64,000 bases of DNA from NCBI RefSeq assembly GCF_004010195.1, contig NC_057719.1, positions 86,577,446 through 86,641,445 of the forward strand. Reading direction: 5' to 3'. The DNA is from Chiloscyllium plagiosum (taxonomy: Eukaryota). The position numbers and the translations under genes are program-made. The notes under the pieces are model-generated. The model was not told where the DNA came from. It worked only from the letters and a program-made list of their open reading frames with translations, and did no database searches. Below, one piece after another: positions 50,701 to 62,700 of this stretch (the first letter of the stretch is position 1; every line of letters starts with the position of its first letter).

Positions 50701-53700
50701 GGGAGGGGACATAGTGTTAGTCCACAGCATACTTTAGTAAGGGAACCAAAGAACAGCGAGTTCAGCTATGTTGAGATACAAAGGAGTAAGAAGAGGCTGT
50801 ATGACCTCTAGTGCTAGGATGCTTAAGGGTGTGGATTGACATGTGAAACTGCAATCTTTTAGACATAGGTGTGTTTCAGGAAGGCGCAGGATTGGCAACT
50901 CATTAATCTGGGGTATTGGATCTTCAGGCGAGACAGGGAAGGGTGAAAAATTGGAGATGATACTGCATTATTAATTAAGAAGTCTGTTACTTAAGTATAT
51001 ATCTTCAAATGAGTCTGTGGGTAGCACTTTGGAAGATAAAGGGCAGTCTCAAAGCTCGCATGTATTGCAGGCCACCAAAGCAGGCAGTAGAGGAGCAGAT
51101 AATAATTAGAAATTATATTAAGGGATTTCAACTTCCCAATATTAATTGGGGTAGTCATAGCATAAAAGGGAAAGATTAAGAGCCATGAGTTATACAGCAT
51201 GGAAACAGACCCTTCGGTCCAACTAGTCCCTGCTGAGCATAATCCCAAACTGAACTAGCCCCATCTGCCTGCTCCTGGCCCATATCCTTCCAAACTTTTC
51301 CTATTCGTGTATTGATCCAAAAGTCTTTTAACATTGTAATTGTACCTACATCCACCACTTCTGCTGGACCATCCTCTTTGTAAAAAAAATTACCCCCCAA
51401 GTATTTTTTTAAATCTCTCTCCTCTCACCTTAAAAATATGCCCTCTAGTCTTGCAAACCTCCATCCTAGGGGAAAATACAAATACCACCATCTATTTATT
51501 TATTTATTTATCTATTTATTTTATAAACTTATCCAGTCTTTCTTCATAACTCAAACCTTCCATTCCTGGCAACATTCTGGTAAATCTCTTCTGAACCAGT
51601 TTAATAATATCCTTCTTATAACTAGGGGCTAATGCCAACATTGGGACAACTGTCTCTCAGACGAGTCAAGCAGCAGCATGACATTCCTACTCATGGAATT
51701 GTACCTTAAAGACGTTGTCCCAGACACTCCCAATCATCATCCCTGGATATGTTCTGTTTCACCAGCAGATCTGACCCAGCAGAATGTACAGTCAGTAAGG
51801 AGCTGCCCTGCAAGTCCCAAACATTGACTCCACACCCCAGGAAGTCTCATGGCTTCAGGTGAAATGCGAGCAAATAATTCTCCTGCTGATTACCACACAT
51901 AGTCCTCTCTCAGTTGATGAGAGAAAACACTTGGAGGAAGCATCGAGAGTGGCAAGGAGAGTTGTTTTCTGTCAACATGTTCAATGTCTGTTAAGGACAG
52001 GTACAGTGCTGAGCTAAATTTGGAAGAGTGAATCCAGACAGGTGGTCAGCGTTTTAGTGGCAATGAGCACAACACTGTACATTTTAAGTTTATGGAAAAG
52101 GAAAAAGATGAAATGCCAAAAAAAAAGGGTTTTTCATTGAGGGGGAAGGCAGAATTTATTAAAATAAGGCAGGATCTGGCCAAAGTAAACTGGGAACTTG
52201 GGGGAAAATCTACAGCAGAACAATCCAGGGTGTTCAGAAAGGGAATGTAGATAGTACAGCCCAACATGTTCCCTTTAGGGAACAAGCCCAGAAAATCCTT
52301 GGTGTCCAGGAATATTCAGGACTGGCTAAGAAAGAAGAGGCTTCTAGAAGATGCAAAGGGAACAAAACAGTGGACACCCTAGTGGAATATAAGTAGTATA
52401 GGGGATTTACTTTAACAATTAGGAGAACAAAGAAGGGACATGTAAAAACATTGGCAGGTAATATTAGGGAGAATCCCAAGATATTCTCAGTGTAGCAGAG
52501 GGAAGAGGATAACCAGGGAGAGAAAGTAGGGTCCATTAGGAACCAAGAGGGCAGTGTGTTTGTGTGGAGCTGAAAGACATTGACAGGATATTAAATGAGT
52601 GTTTCACATTTACCTTCACTCAGGAGGAGGTTGTAGGTGCAGAATTTGGGAAGAGGGACTGTAAAGTTCTTGAGCAGATTGACAGAGGGAATGTAGAGGT
52701 ATTGGAGGTTTGGCAGGCTTAACAATGGGCAAATTGCAAGTCTGGATGAGTTGTATCCCTGAACGCTGTGGGAGGCAAGGCAAGAAATTACAAGGGCTTT
52801 GACCCACATTTTTAATTCCACTCAGGCTATGAGAGGTGCTGGTGGACTGGAGGATAGCTGAGGTGGTTCTGCTTTTCAGGAAGTGTGATGGAGATAACAA
52901 GGGAATTACAGACTAGTGAGTCTTAAATCAGTAGTGTGGAAAATTCTGAAGGAGAGAATTTATCTCATCTCCATTTGGAGAGGCACAATTTGATCAGGGA
53001 TCATCTGCATGCGTAACAAATTTGGTTGAGTTTTTCAAGGTGGTGGTCAGGTGTGTAGGTGAGGGTAACACACTTGATGTAGTTTTTGTGGATTTCAGCA
53101 AAGCCTTTCACACAAAGGTAGAGGCACATGGGATTCAGGGTAACTTAACAGGTGGATCCAAACTTGCTTCACTGGTGGGAGACAGAGGGTGGTTGGAGAA
53201 GTCTGTTTGTGTGGAGGCAGGTGTCCAAAGGCACACGATAAGGATCAGTGCTGGGTCCTTTTTTGTACATTATTTATATACAAACAATATACATGAGTGT
53301 GGGAGACAATAATAACTTCCAGCATGTTCCTGTGAGGGTGAAGGGCAAGATTAGCAAGAATAGGGAACCCTGAATGATGAGATATTGAGGCTTTCACCAG
53401 AAAAAATGAGGCATGGCTCAGTTACAGATAGCTGGGATAGAGAGAGTCCCTGGAGGTATATAGAGGATACAGGAGTTTACTGAAGAAGGAAATCAGAAGG
53501 ACGAAAAGGAGGCACAAAACAGCTTTGTCTGGGAAGATTAGGGTGAATCCAATAGAGGTTATTTAATATATTAAAGGAAGATTAATAACTAGAGAAAGAA
53601 GAGGACCACTCGAGGATCAAAGTGGACAGGACAAAATCTCCTAGTCCTGACCAGATATATGCAAGAACAATGCAAGAAGCTAGAGAAGAAATTGGCGGGA

Positions 53701-56700
53701 TCCTGGTTAATATTTTTGCATCACCGTTAGCCATGGGTGAGGTCCCAGAAGACTGGAGGATAGTGAATGTTTTGCCCTTATTCAAGAACGCTGCAATGAA
53801 AAACCTGGGAAGTATAGACCAGTAAGCCTAACATCTGTGGTGGGTATGTTACTTGAGAAGATTCTGAGAGGTAAGATATGCATGCATTTGGAAAGACCGG
53901 GTTTGATTCGGAGTAGTTTTGGGCGGCACGGTGGCACAGTGGTTAGCACTGCTGCCTCACAGCGCCTGAGACCTGGGTTCAATTCCCGCCTCAGGCGACT
54001 GACTGTGTGGAGTTTGCACGTTCTCCCCGTGTCTGCGTGGGTTTCCTCCGGGTGCTCTGGTTTCCTCCCACAGTCCAAAAGATGTGCAGGGTCAGGTGAA
54101 TTGGCCATGCTAAATTGCCCGTAGTGTTAGGTAAGGGGTAAATGTAGGGGTATGGGTGGGTTTCGCTTCGGCGGGTCGGTGTGGACTTGTTGGGTCGAAG
54201 GGCCTGTTTCCACGCTGTAATGTAATCTAATCTAATCTAGTTAGCGTGGCTTTGTGTATAAGAGGTCATGCCTCACAAATTTGTTAGAGTTCTTTGAAGT
54301 GACCAGGAAGGTTGATAAGAGCAGGGTGCTTAGACTTAGTCTATATGGATTTCAGTAAGCCTTTTGATAAGGTTCCACATGGTGGGCTGCTCTGAAAGGT
54401 TAGATCGCGTGGAGTCCGGGGGAGCTGGCAAATTGGATACACAATTGGCTTGATGGTAGGTAGGAAAGAGTAATAATGGAAGGATGTTTGTTGAATTTGA
54501 GGCCTGTGATTAGTGATGTGCCTCAGGGGTCATGCAGTTTGTTATCTATATCACTGATTTGGTTGAGAATGTACAAGGCATAATTAGTAAGTTTGCGGAT
54601 GACATTAAAATAGGTGGTATTGTGAGCAGTGAGGGAGGTTATCAGAAATTGCAGCAGGACCTTGAACAGCTGGGGAACTGGGCTGAGAAATGGCAAATAG
54701 AATTTAATATAGATAGGTGTGAGGTCTTGCATCAAGGTAGGAGTTTCATGGTGAATGGTAAGGCCTTAAGGAGTGTAGTGGAACAAAGGGATCTCTGAAA
54801 GTGGAGTCACAGGTGGACAGGGCAGTGAAGACGACTTTTGGCACATTGGCCTTCATCAGTCAGGGCAATGAGTATAGAAGTTGGGAAGTTATGTTGCAGT
54901 TGTACAGGACGTTGGTGAGGCCACAGTTAGAGTTTTGTGTTCAGCTTTGGTCACCTTGCTATAGGACGTTATTAATCTGGAAAGGAGTACAGAAGAAGTT
55001 TACATGGATGTTGCCAGGACTCAATAGTCTGAGTTATAGGGAGAGGTTGGACAAGCTAAGACCTTTTTCTTTAGAGCATAGGACACTGAGGGGGGACTTA
55101 ATAGAGGTGTATAAAATCATGAGAGGCATGGATACGGTGAATATTGTTAGTCTTTTTTCCCAGGGTTGGGGAATCGAAGACTAGAGGGCATCAGTTTAAT
55201 TTCAGAGGGGAAAGAATAAAAGGGAACCTGAGGGGCAACTTTTTTTTTAAGAGGTTGATACATATATGGAATGAGCTGCTAGCAGAAGTGGTTGAGGCAG
55301 ATACATTAACATTTAAAAGGCATTTGGACAAATACATTGACTGAAAGGATATGGGCCAAATGCAGGGAATTGGGATTAGCGTAGATGGACATTTTGGTCG
55401 GCATGGACCAGTTTGAGCCAAAGGGCCTGTCTCCATGCGGTAGGACTCTAAGTAAGTTTCTGGGTGATATAAAGATTGACCAGTTCATTAATATTAAGGA
55501 GGTGGTCTTTGGTTACAGGGTGATATAAATGGGTTGATCAGTTGGGTGTTAGTGACAGAGGAAAATCGCCTATACAGTGTATTCAAAAAGAATGGATACC
55601 CAATGAACACAGTCCACTGCTTTCTCAGCAACAAACTCAAACAAGCAGAGAAAACACATCCAGAAACCCTAGCCACTCTCCCCTATATCAAAGACATCTT
55701 GGAAATGACTGCCAGATTACTCAGACCACTTGGCATCCTTATATACAGATGAGGAAGGACACCACTTCACCTGGGACAACGCATTCATCCTAGGACAAGC
55801 CAAACAAAGACACTCACGAGAATTCCTTGAAACATGGCATTCCAACTGGGAGTCTATCATGAGAAAAAGAACAGAAAATGACATTACCATAGGAAATGAC
55901 CAACTCTAGGAAACCCAAACACCCAAATAGAAAGTGGTCCATACCACCAGTACTTTACCCGGAGGCTTACTGATGATGTTACCTAGTATGGTGACGAAAC
56001 GTCTGAAAATGAAACTTCCAGCTCAGCGAGCAAACCGACATCCAGAATCTCAACCTGAGCTACAAATCTTTTCAAAACTCGCTGCTTTTCAGATTTCTTG
56101 TACATGCAGTATTTGCTTTTAATACTTTAGAGGTGTACCCTCATGTACCTGCAGTTAAGGACATATATAGGAACATGTGGTGAAAGGAGAGGAGAGTGCT
56201 GAGCGATATTATGCTTTGTCTAGAGTCAGTTCACTGCCTTGGTCCAAAGGTGAAGTCTGGCTTTTGGGATGAGGTATTGGACAGCTTGGATATGTCTGCT
56301 GCTGCAGCAAGAGACAGCAACTTCAAACGAGGGATAAACTAAGGGGTAGAGTAATAGCAATTCTATCCAATGCAAAGACTGCAGTTCATACTTAAGATTT
56401 TTTTTAAAAAAGAAATCAAATTATTAACATGGAATAGGACACCAATGATTGTGTTAGATTTATCACTAGTAGAAAACAAGATGTACGTAAGTTGTGTAAA
56501 ATTTTGAAGGGAGCAATGCAATAGCATCCTCTTGTGGCTTTTGTTAAACTTGTACCAGGACAAATTGGTTTAGTTCAATATTTATGTGCGTCACGGTGGC
56601 ACAGTGGTTAGCACTGCTGCTTCACAGCGCCAGAGACCCGGGTTCAATTCCCGCCTCAGGCGACTGACTGTGTGGAGTTTGCACATTCTCNNNNNNNNNN

Positions 56701-59700
56701 NNNNNNNNNNNNNNNNNNNNNNNNNNNNNNNNNNNNNNNNNNNNNNNNNNNNNNNNNNNNNNNNNNNNNNNNNNNNNNNNNNNNNNNNNNNNNNNNNNNN
56801 NNNNNNNNNNNNNNNNNNNNNNNNNNNNNNNNNNNNNNNNNNNNNNNNNNNNNNNNNNNNNNNNNNNNNNNNNNNNNNNNNNNNNNNNNNNNNNNNNNNN
56901 NNNNNNNNNNNNNNNNNNNNNNNNNNNNNNNNNNNNNNNNNNNNNNNNNNNNNNNNNNNNNNNNNNNNNNNNNNNNNNNNNNNNNNNNNNNNNNNNNNNN
57001 NNNNNNNNNNNNNNNNNNNNNNNNNNNNNNNNNNNNNNNNNNNNNNNNNNNNNNNNNNNNNNNNNNNNNNNNNNNNNNNNNNNNNNNNNNNNNNNNNNNN
57101 NNNNNNNNNNNNNNNNNNNNNNNNNNNNNNNNNNNNNNNNNNNNNNNNNNNNNNNNNNNNNNNNNNNNNNNNNNNNNNNNNNNNNNNNNNNNNNNNNNNN
57201 NNNNNNNNNNNNNNNNNNNNNNNNNNNNNNNNNNNNNNNNNNNNNNNNNNNNNNNNNNNNNNNNNNNNNNNNNNNNNNNNNNNNNNNNNNNNNNNNNNNN
57301 NNNNNNNNNNNNNNNNNNNNNNNNNNNNNNNNNNNCCTCTTCGCTGTCCACTGCACCTCCAATTTTGGTGTCATCTGCAAACTTACTAACTGTACCTCTT
57401 ATGCTCGCATCCAAATCATTTATATAAATGACAAAAATTAGAGGGCCCAGCACCGATCCTTGTGGCACAGGCCTCCAGTCTGAAAAACAACCCTCCACCA
57501 CCACCCTCTGTCTTCTACCTGTGAGCCGGTTCTGTATCCAAATGGCTAGTTCTCCCTGTATTCCATGAGATATAACCTTGCTAATCAGTCTCCCATGGGG
57601 AACCTTGTCGAACGCCTTACTGAAATTCATATAGATCACTATATATAGTCCATATAGTTGCTTACAGTTTAAACATATATCCTTCTCAGGGAGACTAAAC
57701 TGTAAACTCAACTTTCCTACCTGTACACTATAACCCTCTTTATAATAAAAGACCAACATTCTATTTTCATTTCTAAATATTTGCTGCAACTGAACATTAA
57801 TACATTTTGTGATTCATGTACAAAGACTCTTTACTGCAGTTTACTGTAGTCTCTCTCAGTTTAAATAAAATTCAATTTACTATTCTTCTTCCCATACTGG
57901 ACAGTCTGACATTTTCTTACATCATACTCCATCTGTCAGTCTTTGTCTACGCATTTAACTATCTATTCCATTGTAGACGTTTTTGTATCCTCCTCATAAC
58001 CTGCTTTCCTATCTTTGTATGATTATCAAACGTGGCTTTAATGCAGGTGATGCCTGCTTCTAAGCTATTAATGTAAATTGTAATTAGCATTGGTCTCTGA
58101 GATGCTTCACTAGATACAGTTTGCCTACCTGAAAATAATCAATTTATTATGATGTTCTTTAAAATTAGGTAATCCGCAATCTTTTCCAATGCAATGAACC
58201 CACTTGTGCAGTAACATTTCCTGGGCTACTCTAGCGAATACCTTTTGGAAATTCAAATACACTGCATCTTCAGGCTCAACTTTGTGCCCCTGACTTGTTA
58301 CATCTCAAAGAACTCAGAATTCCTTTACACAAAATTATATTGATTCTGCCTAACTGTATTATGCTTTTCTAATGCCCTGCTACAACCTCTTGAATAATGG
58401 ATTTTCCCCAAAGCCAGATGTTGCACTAACTGGTAAATAGTTTCCTGTCTCCTTCACTTAAAATCATTGATGATCTTCTACATGACCTCCACCGTCCTGT
58501 CCTGCCCATAGTTTTTGATTTCCTTGCTGTCCAAAATTGTGACTATCTAAATCTTGAATCTTTAACAGACTTGTCCGGTAGAGACAAGAAGTTTCACAAC
58601 CCACCAAGAAATTCTCCTCATGTTGACCCCTCATCTGAGTGGGACTCTAGGCCTTTCAGCCAGTCTCATATCCTTCAAAAGTCACCTAAAATTATTATAC
58701 ATTTCAGTGAAATCATCTGTCATTCTCTGAACTGCAAGAAATGGAGGCATTCCACCCACCTCTCTATTCAAGTTGTGATGTGATTGTAGATCTGTATAAA
58801 AACTGTTCAAACTGTCAGTTGTGTAATTATAAAAGTAGCCTTTGGAAATGAAACACCTAGCTTCTGAGTTAACATTCTGAGTTCGATATGACTCCTTTTC
58901 ATCTAAAGAACAATCTACTAGACTAGAAATCCACACTATTTTGCTTTTAACTAGCTTAACTAGCTTTTAACTAGCTCCTGGTTGTGTTGACATTATTTTC
59001 ATGACCGAAAGAAACATTTTTTTGGTTCTCTTTTGCCTGTTCTTTTAATTTATGCTATTTTTAACAAATCTTCCAGTTGAACATCTGGACTCCGCTCCAA
59101 ACAAACTGACACCAATGGCAAAGCAGTTGTATTTGGTTGATGCTGGATTCTCAATTAATTCGGCATTTCCCCTTGCCTTACGGTCACAGCGACGTATCGA
59201 TGTCATCCTGTCCTTTAGTTTTAGCCGAGGATCACCATTTAAGGTGAGAAGATTGATCTGTAACAGTGTTCCCTGACAACATAGTTATGTGACCTCGATG
59301 TATATTCCGCCCTGTAAGGTGAATTTCTACCCAGACAGCATAATGTATACGGTGCTTATAATATTAATTGTGGAACATTAATGTGTTTGTCCTCATTTTA
59401 AAAAATGTAGATTTTAGATTATAAAAAAGAGGATTTGAGTTTGGTACATGACATTTATTTACATGCTTTATCATATTTTTAAATCAACTTATTTGACTGT
59501 GGTCTGTCACACGTGTGTGGCCATCACATCCTGATGAAACCTATCCCAAACCTTCTAGCCCAACGATGCACCATAAACCTTGCACTATGTTGTACCATGT
59601 ATGCTATGCTAGCTGAATTAAAATCATGAAACTGAATTCAATAAATCTGGTCATTTCTACCTGGTACCACAAAATAACCGATAAAGTTGCCAGGTTGTCA

Positions 59701-62700
59701 CAAAAGCTCATCTAGTTGCCTACTACCATCTGAGCTGAAGGAGGCTGCTACCGTGCTTCTTCAAGCTGCAAACATTTGTGTACAATTTTGGTTCCCTCAC
59801 TTGAGGGATGTTGTTGTATGGGAAGCAGTTCAGAAGAGGTTCACTAGATTGAGGTCAGAGACAAGGGATTTGTTTTATGAAGAGAGATTGAGCAATTTAG
59901 GCCTATAGTCTCTGGAGATCTAGGAACTGACAAAGTTGACATTGAGAGGATTTTTGCTCATGTGAGGAAATCTAGAATGAGGGGTCACAGTTTTAGAATA
60001 AAGAATAGCAGATTTAAAATAGAGATGAGAAATTACTTCCCTCAAAGATTCATGAGTCTGTGGAATTCACTACCCCAGCACATGGTTAATGCCAGCACAT
60101 CTTGTAAATTTAAGGCGCTAGAGGACAGTAATGGGTAATTAGTAATGAGTTGAAAGGTGCACAGAAGGGTGGAGTTAAGGCTGAGATGTGATCAGCAATG
60201 ATTTATGACAGAGCAAGCTTGACTGGCTAAATTGCTTACTTCAATTCCTAGTTATGCTTTTAAGTATACCTGCACTGAATGGTCAATTCTCTATACCCTT
60301 GGGACAAGACGATATGAGCAATAATTACTCAACTGTTGGGGTTACCTACATCAAGGAAAAAAAACATAAATATAGTCAGAGAGAGAGACATTTGTCACAA
60401 CCATACATTTCTAACACATAGTTCTTTAGTTATTTTGCTCTTTATACCTTAGAAAAATTCCTGGGAATCCATACTTGTAAGACAAATGCTCATTATCAAA
60501 GACTCAACAGTGACATTTGTTATAGTCTTAAGAATTGCTGTAATGACCACTTTTCTGGCCAAGGCATCACTTGATTACCTAATGTTTCAACTATACCTTG
60601 TGTAGCCAGTTTCTGGAAGCAGACCAAATTCAATGAACTTTGCACAAAATGCTTTTTTTTTTCTCGTTAGGTTTAGATTAGATTACTTAGTGTGGAAACA
60701 GGCCCTTCAGCCCAACAAGTCCACACTGACCCTCCGAAGAGCAACCCACCCAGACCCATTCCCCTACATTTACCCCCTCACCTAACACTATGGGCAACTT
60801 AGCATTGCCAATTCACCTAAAGTGCATGTTTTTGGACTGTGAAAGGAAACTGGAGCACCCGGAGGAAACCTGCGCAGACAAGGGAAGAATAGTACATAGA
60901 ACAGTACAGCACAGAACAGGCCCTTCAGCCCACAATGTTGTGCCGACCATTGATCCTAATGCACCCTCAAATTTCTGTGACCATATGCATGTCCAGTAGT
61001 CTCTTAAATGACCCCAATGACCTTGCTTTCGCAACTGCTGCTGGCAAAGCATTCCATGCTCTCACAACTCTCTGTGTAAAGAACCCGCCTCTGACATCCC
61101 CTCTATACTTTCCTCCAACCAGCTTAAAACTCCGACCCCTCGTGTTAGCCATTTCTGCCCTGGGAAATAGTCTCTGGCTATCGACTCTAACTATGCCTCT
61201 CATTATCTTGTATACCTCAATTAGGTCCCCTCTCCTCCTTTTTCTCCAATGAAAAAAGTCCAAGCTCAGTCAACCTCTCTTCATGAGATAAGCCCTCCAG
61301 TCCAGGCAGCATCCTGGTAAACCTCCGCTGAACCCTCTCCAAAGCATCCACATCTTTCNNNNNNNNNNNNNNNNNNNNNNNNNNNNNNNNNNNNNNNNNN
61401 NNNNNNNNNNNNNNNNNNNNNNNNNNNNNNNNNNNNNNNNNNNNNNNNNNNNNNNNNNNNNNNNNNNNNNNNNNNNNNNNNNNNNNNNNNNNNNNNNNNN
61501 NNNNNNNNNNNNNNNNNNNNNNNNNNNNNNNNNNNNNNNNNNNNNNNNNNNNNNNNNNNNNNNNNNNNNNNNNNNNNNNNNNNNNNNNNNNNNNNNNNNN
61601 NNNNNNNNNNNNNNNNNNNNNNNNNNNNNNNNNNNNNNNNNNNNNNNNNNNNNNNNNNNNNNNNNNNNNNNNNNNNNNNNNNNNNNNNNNNNNNNNNNNN
61701 NNNNNNNNNNNNNNNNNNNNNNNNNNNNNNNNNNNNNNNNNNNNNNNNNNNNNNNNNNNNNNNNNNNNNNNNNNNNNNNNNNNNNNNNNNNNNNNNNNNN
61801 NNNNNNNNNNNNNNNNNNNNNNNNNNNNNNNNNNNNNNNNNNNNNNNNNNNNNNNNNNNNNNNNNNNNNNNNNNNNNNNNNNNNNNNNNNNNNNNNNNNN
61901 NNNNNNNNNNNNNNNNNNNNNNNNNNNNNNNNNNNNNNNNNNNNNNNNNNNNNNNNNNNNNNNNNNNNNNNNNNNNNNNNNNNNNNNNNNNNNNNNNNNN
62001 NNNNNNNNNNNNNNNNNNNNNNNNNNNNNNNNNNNNNNNNNNNNNNNNNNNNNNNNNNNNNNNNNNNNNNNNNNNNNNNNNNNNNNNNNNNNNNNNNNNN
62101 NNNNNNNNNNNNNNNNNNNNNNNNNNNNNNNNNNNNNNNNNNNNNNNNNNNNNNNNNNNNNNNNNNNNNNNNNNNNNNNNNNNNNNNNNNNNNNNNNNNN
62201 NNATCCATTCCAGCATGCACACCTGCTCTTCAAAGGTTTCATTCACTACAAAGTTCGTTTCTTTCGTCAAGACAGAAGCAAAAAAACTCATTTAGGACTT
62301 CCCCTACCTCCTCAGACACCACACAGAAATTCCCTATGCTATCCCTGATCGGGCCTACTCTTTCTTTGACTATTCTCTTATTCCTCACATAAGTGTAAAG
62401 TGCCTTTGTGTTCTCCCTAATCCGTTCTGCCAAGCCTTTCTCGTGCCCCCTCCTGGCTCTCCTCCGACCATTTTTGAGCTCCTTCCTCGCCTGCCTGTCA
62501 TCCTCTCGAGCTGAGCTTGACCCTAGCTTCCTCCACCTTATGTAAGCTACCTTTTTCCTTTTGACGAAAAGCTCCACCGCTCTCGTCATCCAAGGTTCCT
62601 TTATCTTACCACTTCTTGCCTGTCTCAGAGGGACATATTTATTCATCACTTGCAACAACTGTTCCTTAAACAGTCTCCACATGTCTATAGTGCCTTTACC

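Noticed and set aside
56586..62291. Long ORFs of 250-377 aa in the track
   Set aside because: Artefacts of translating through N gaps.
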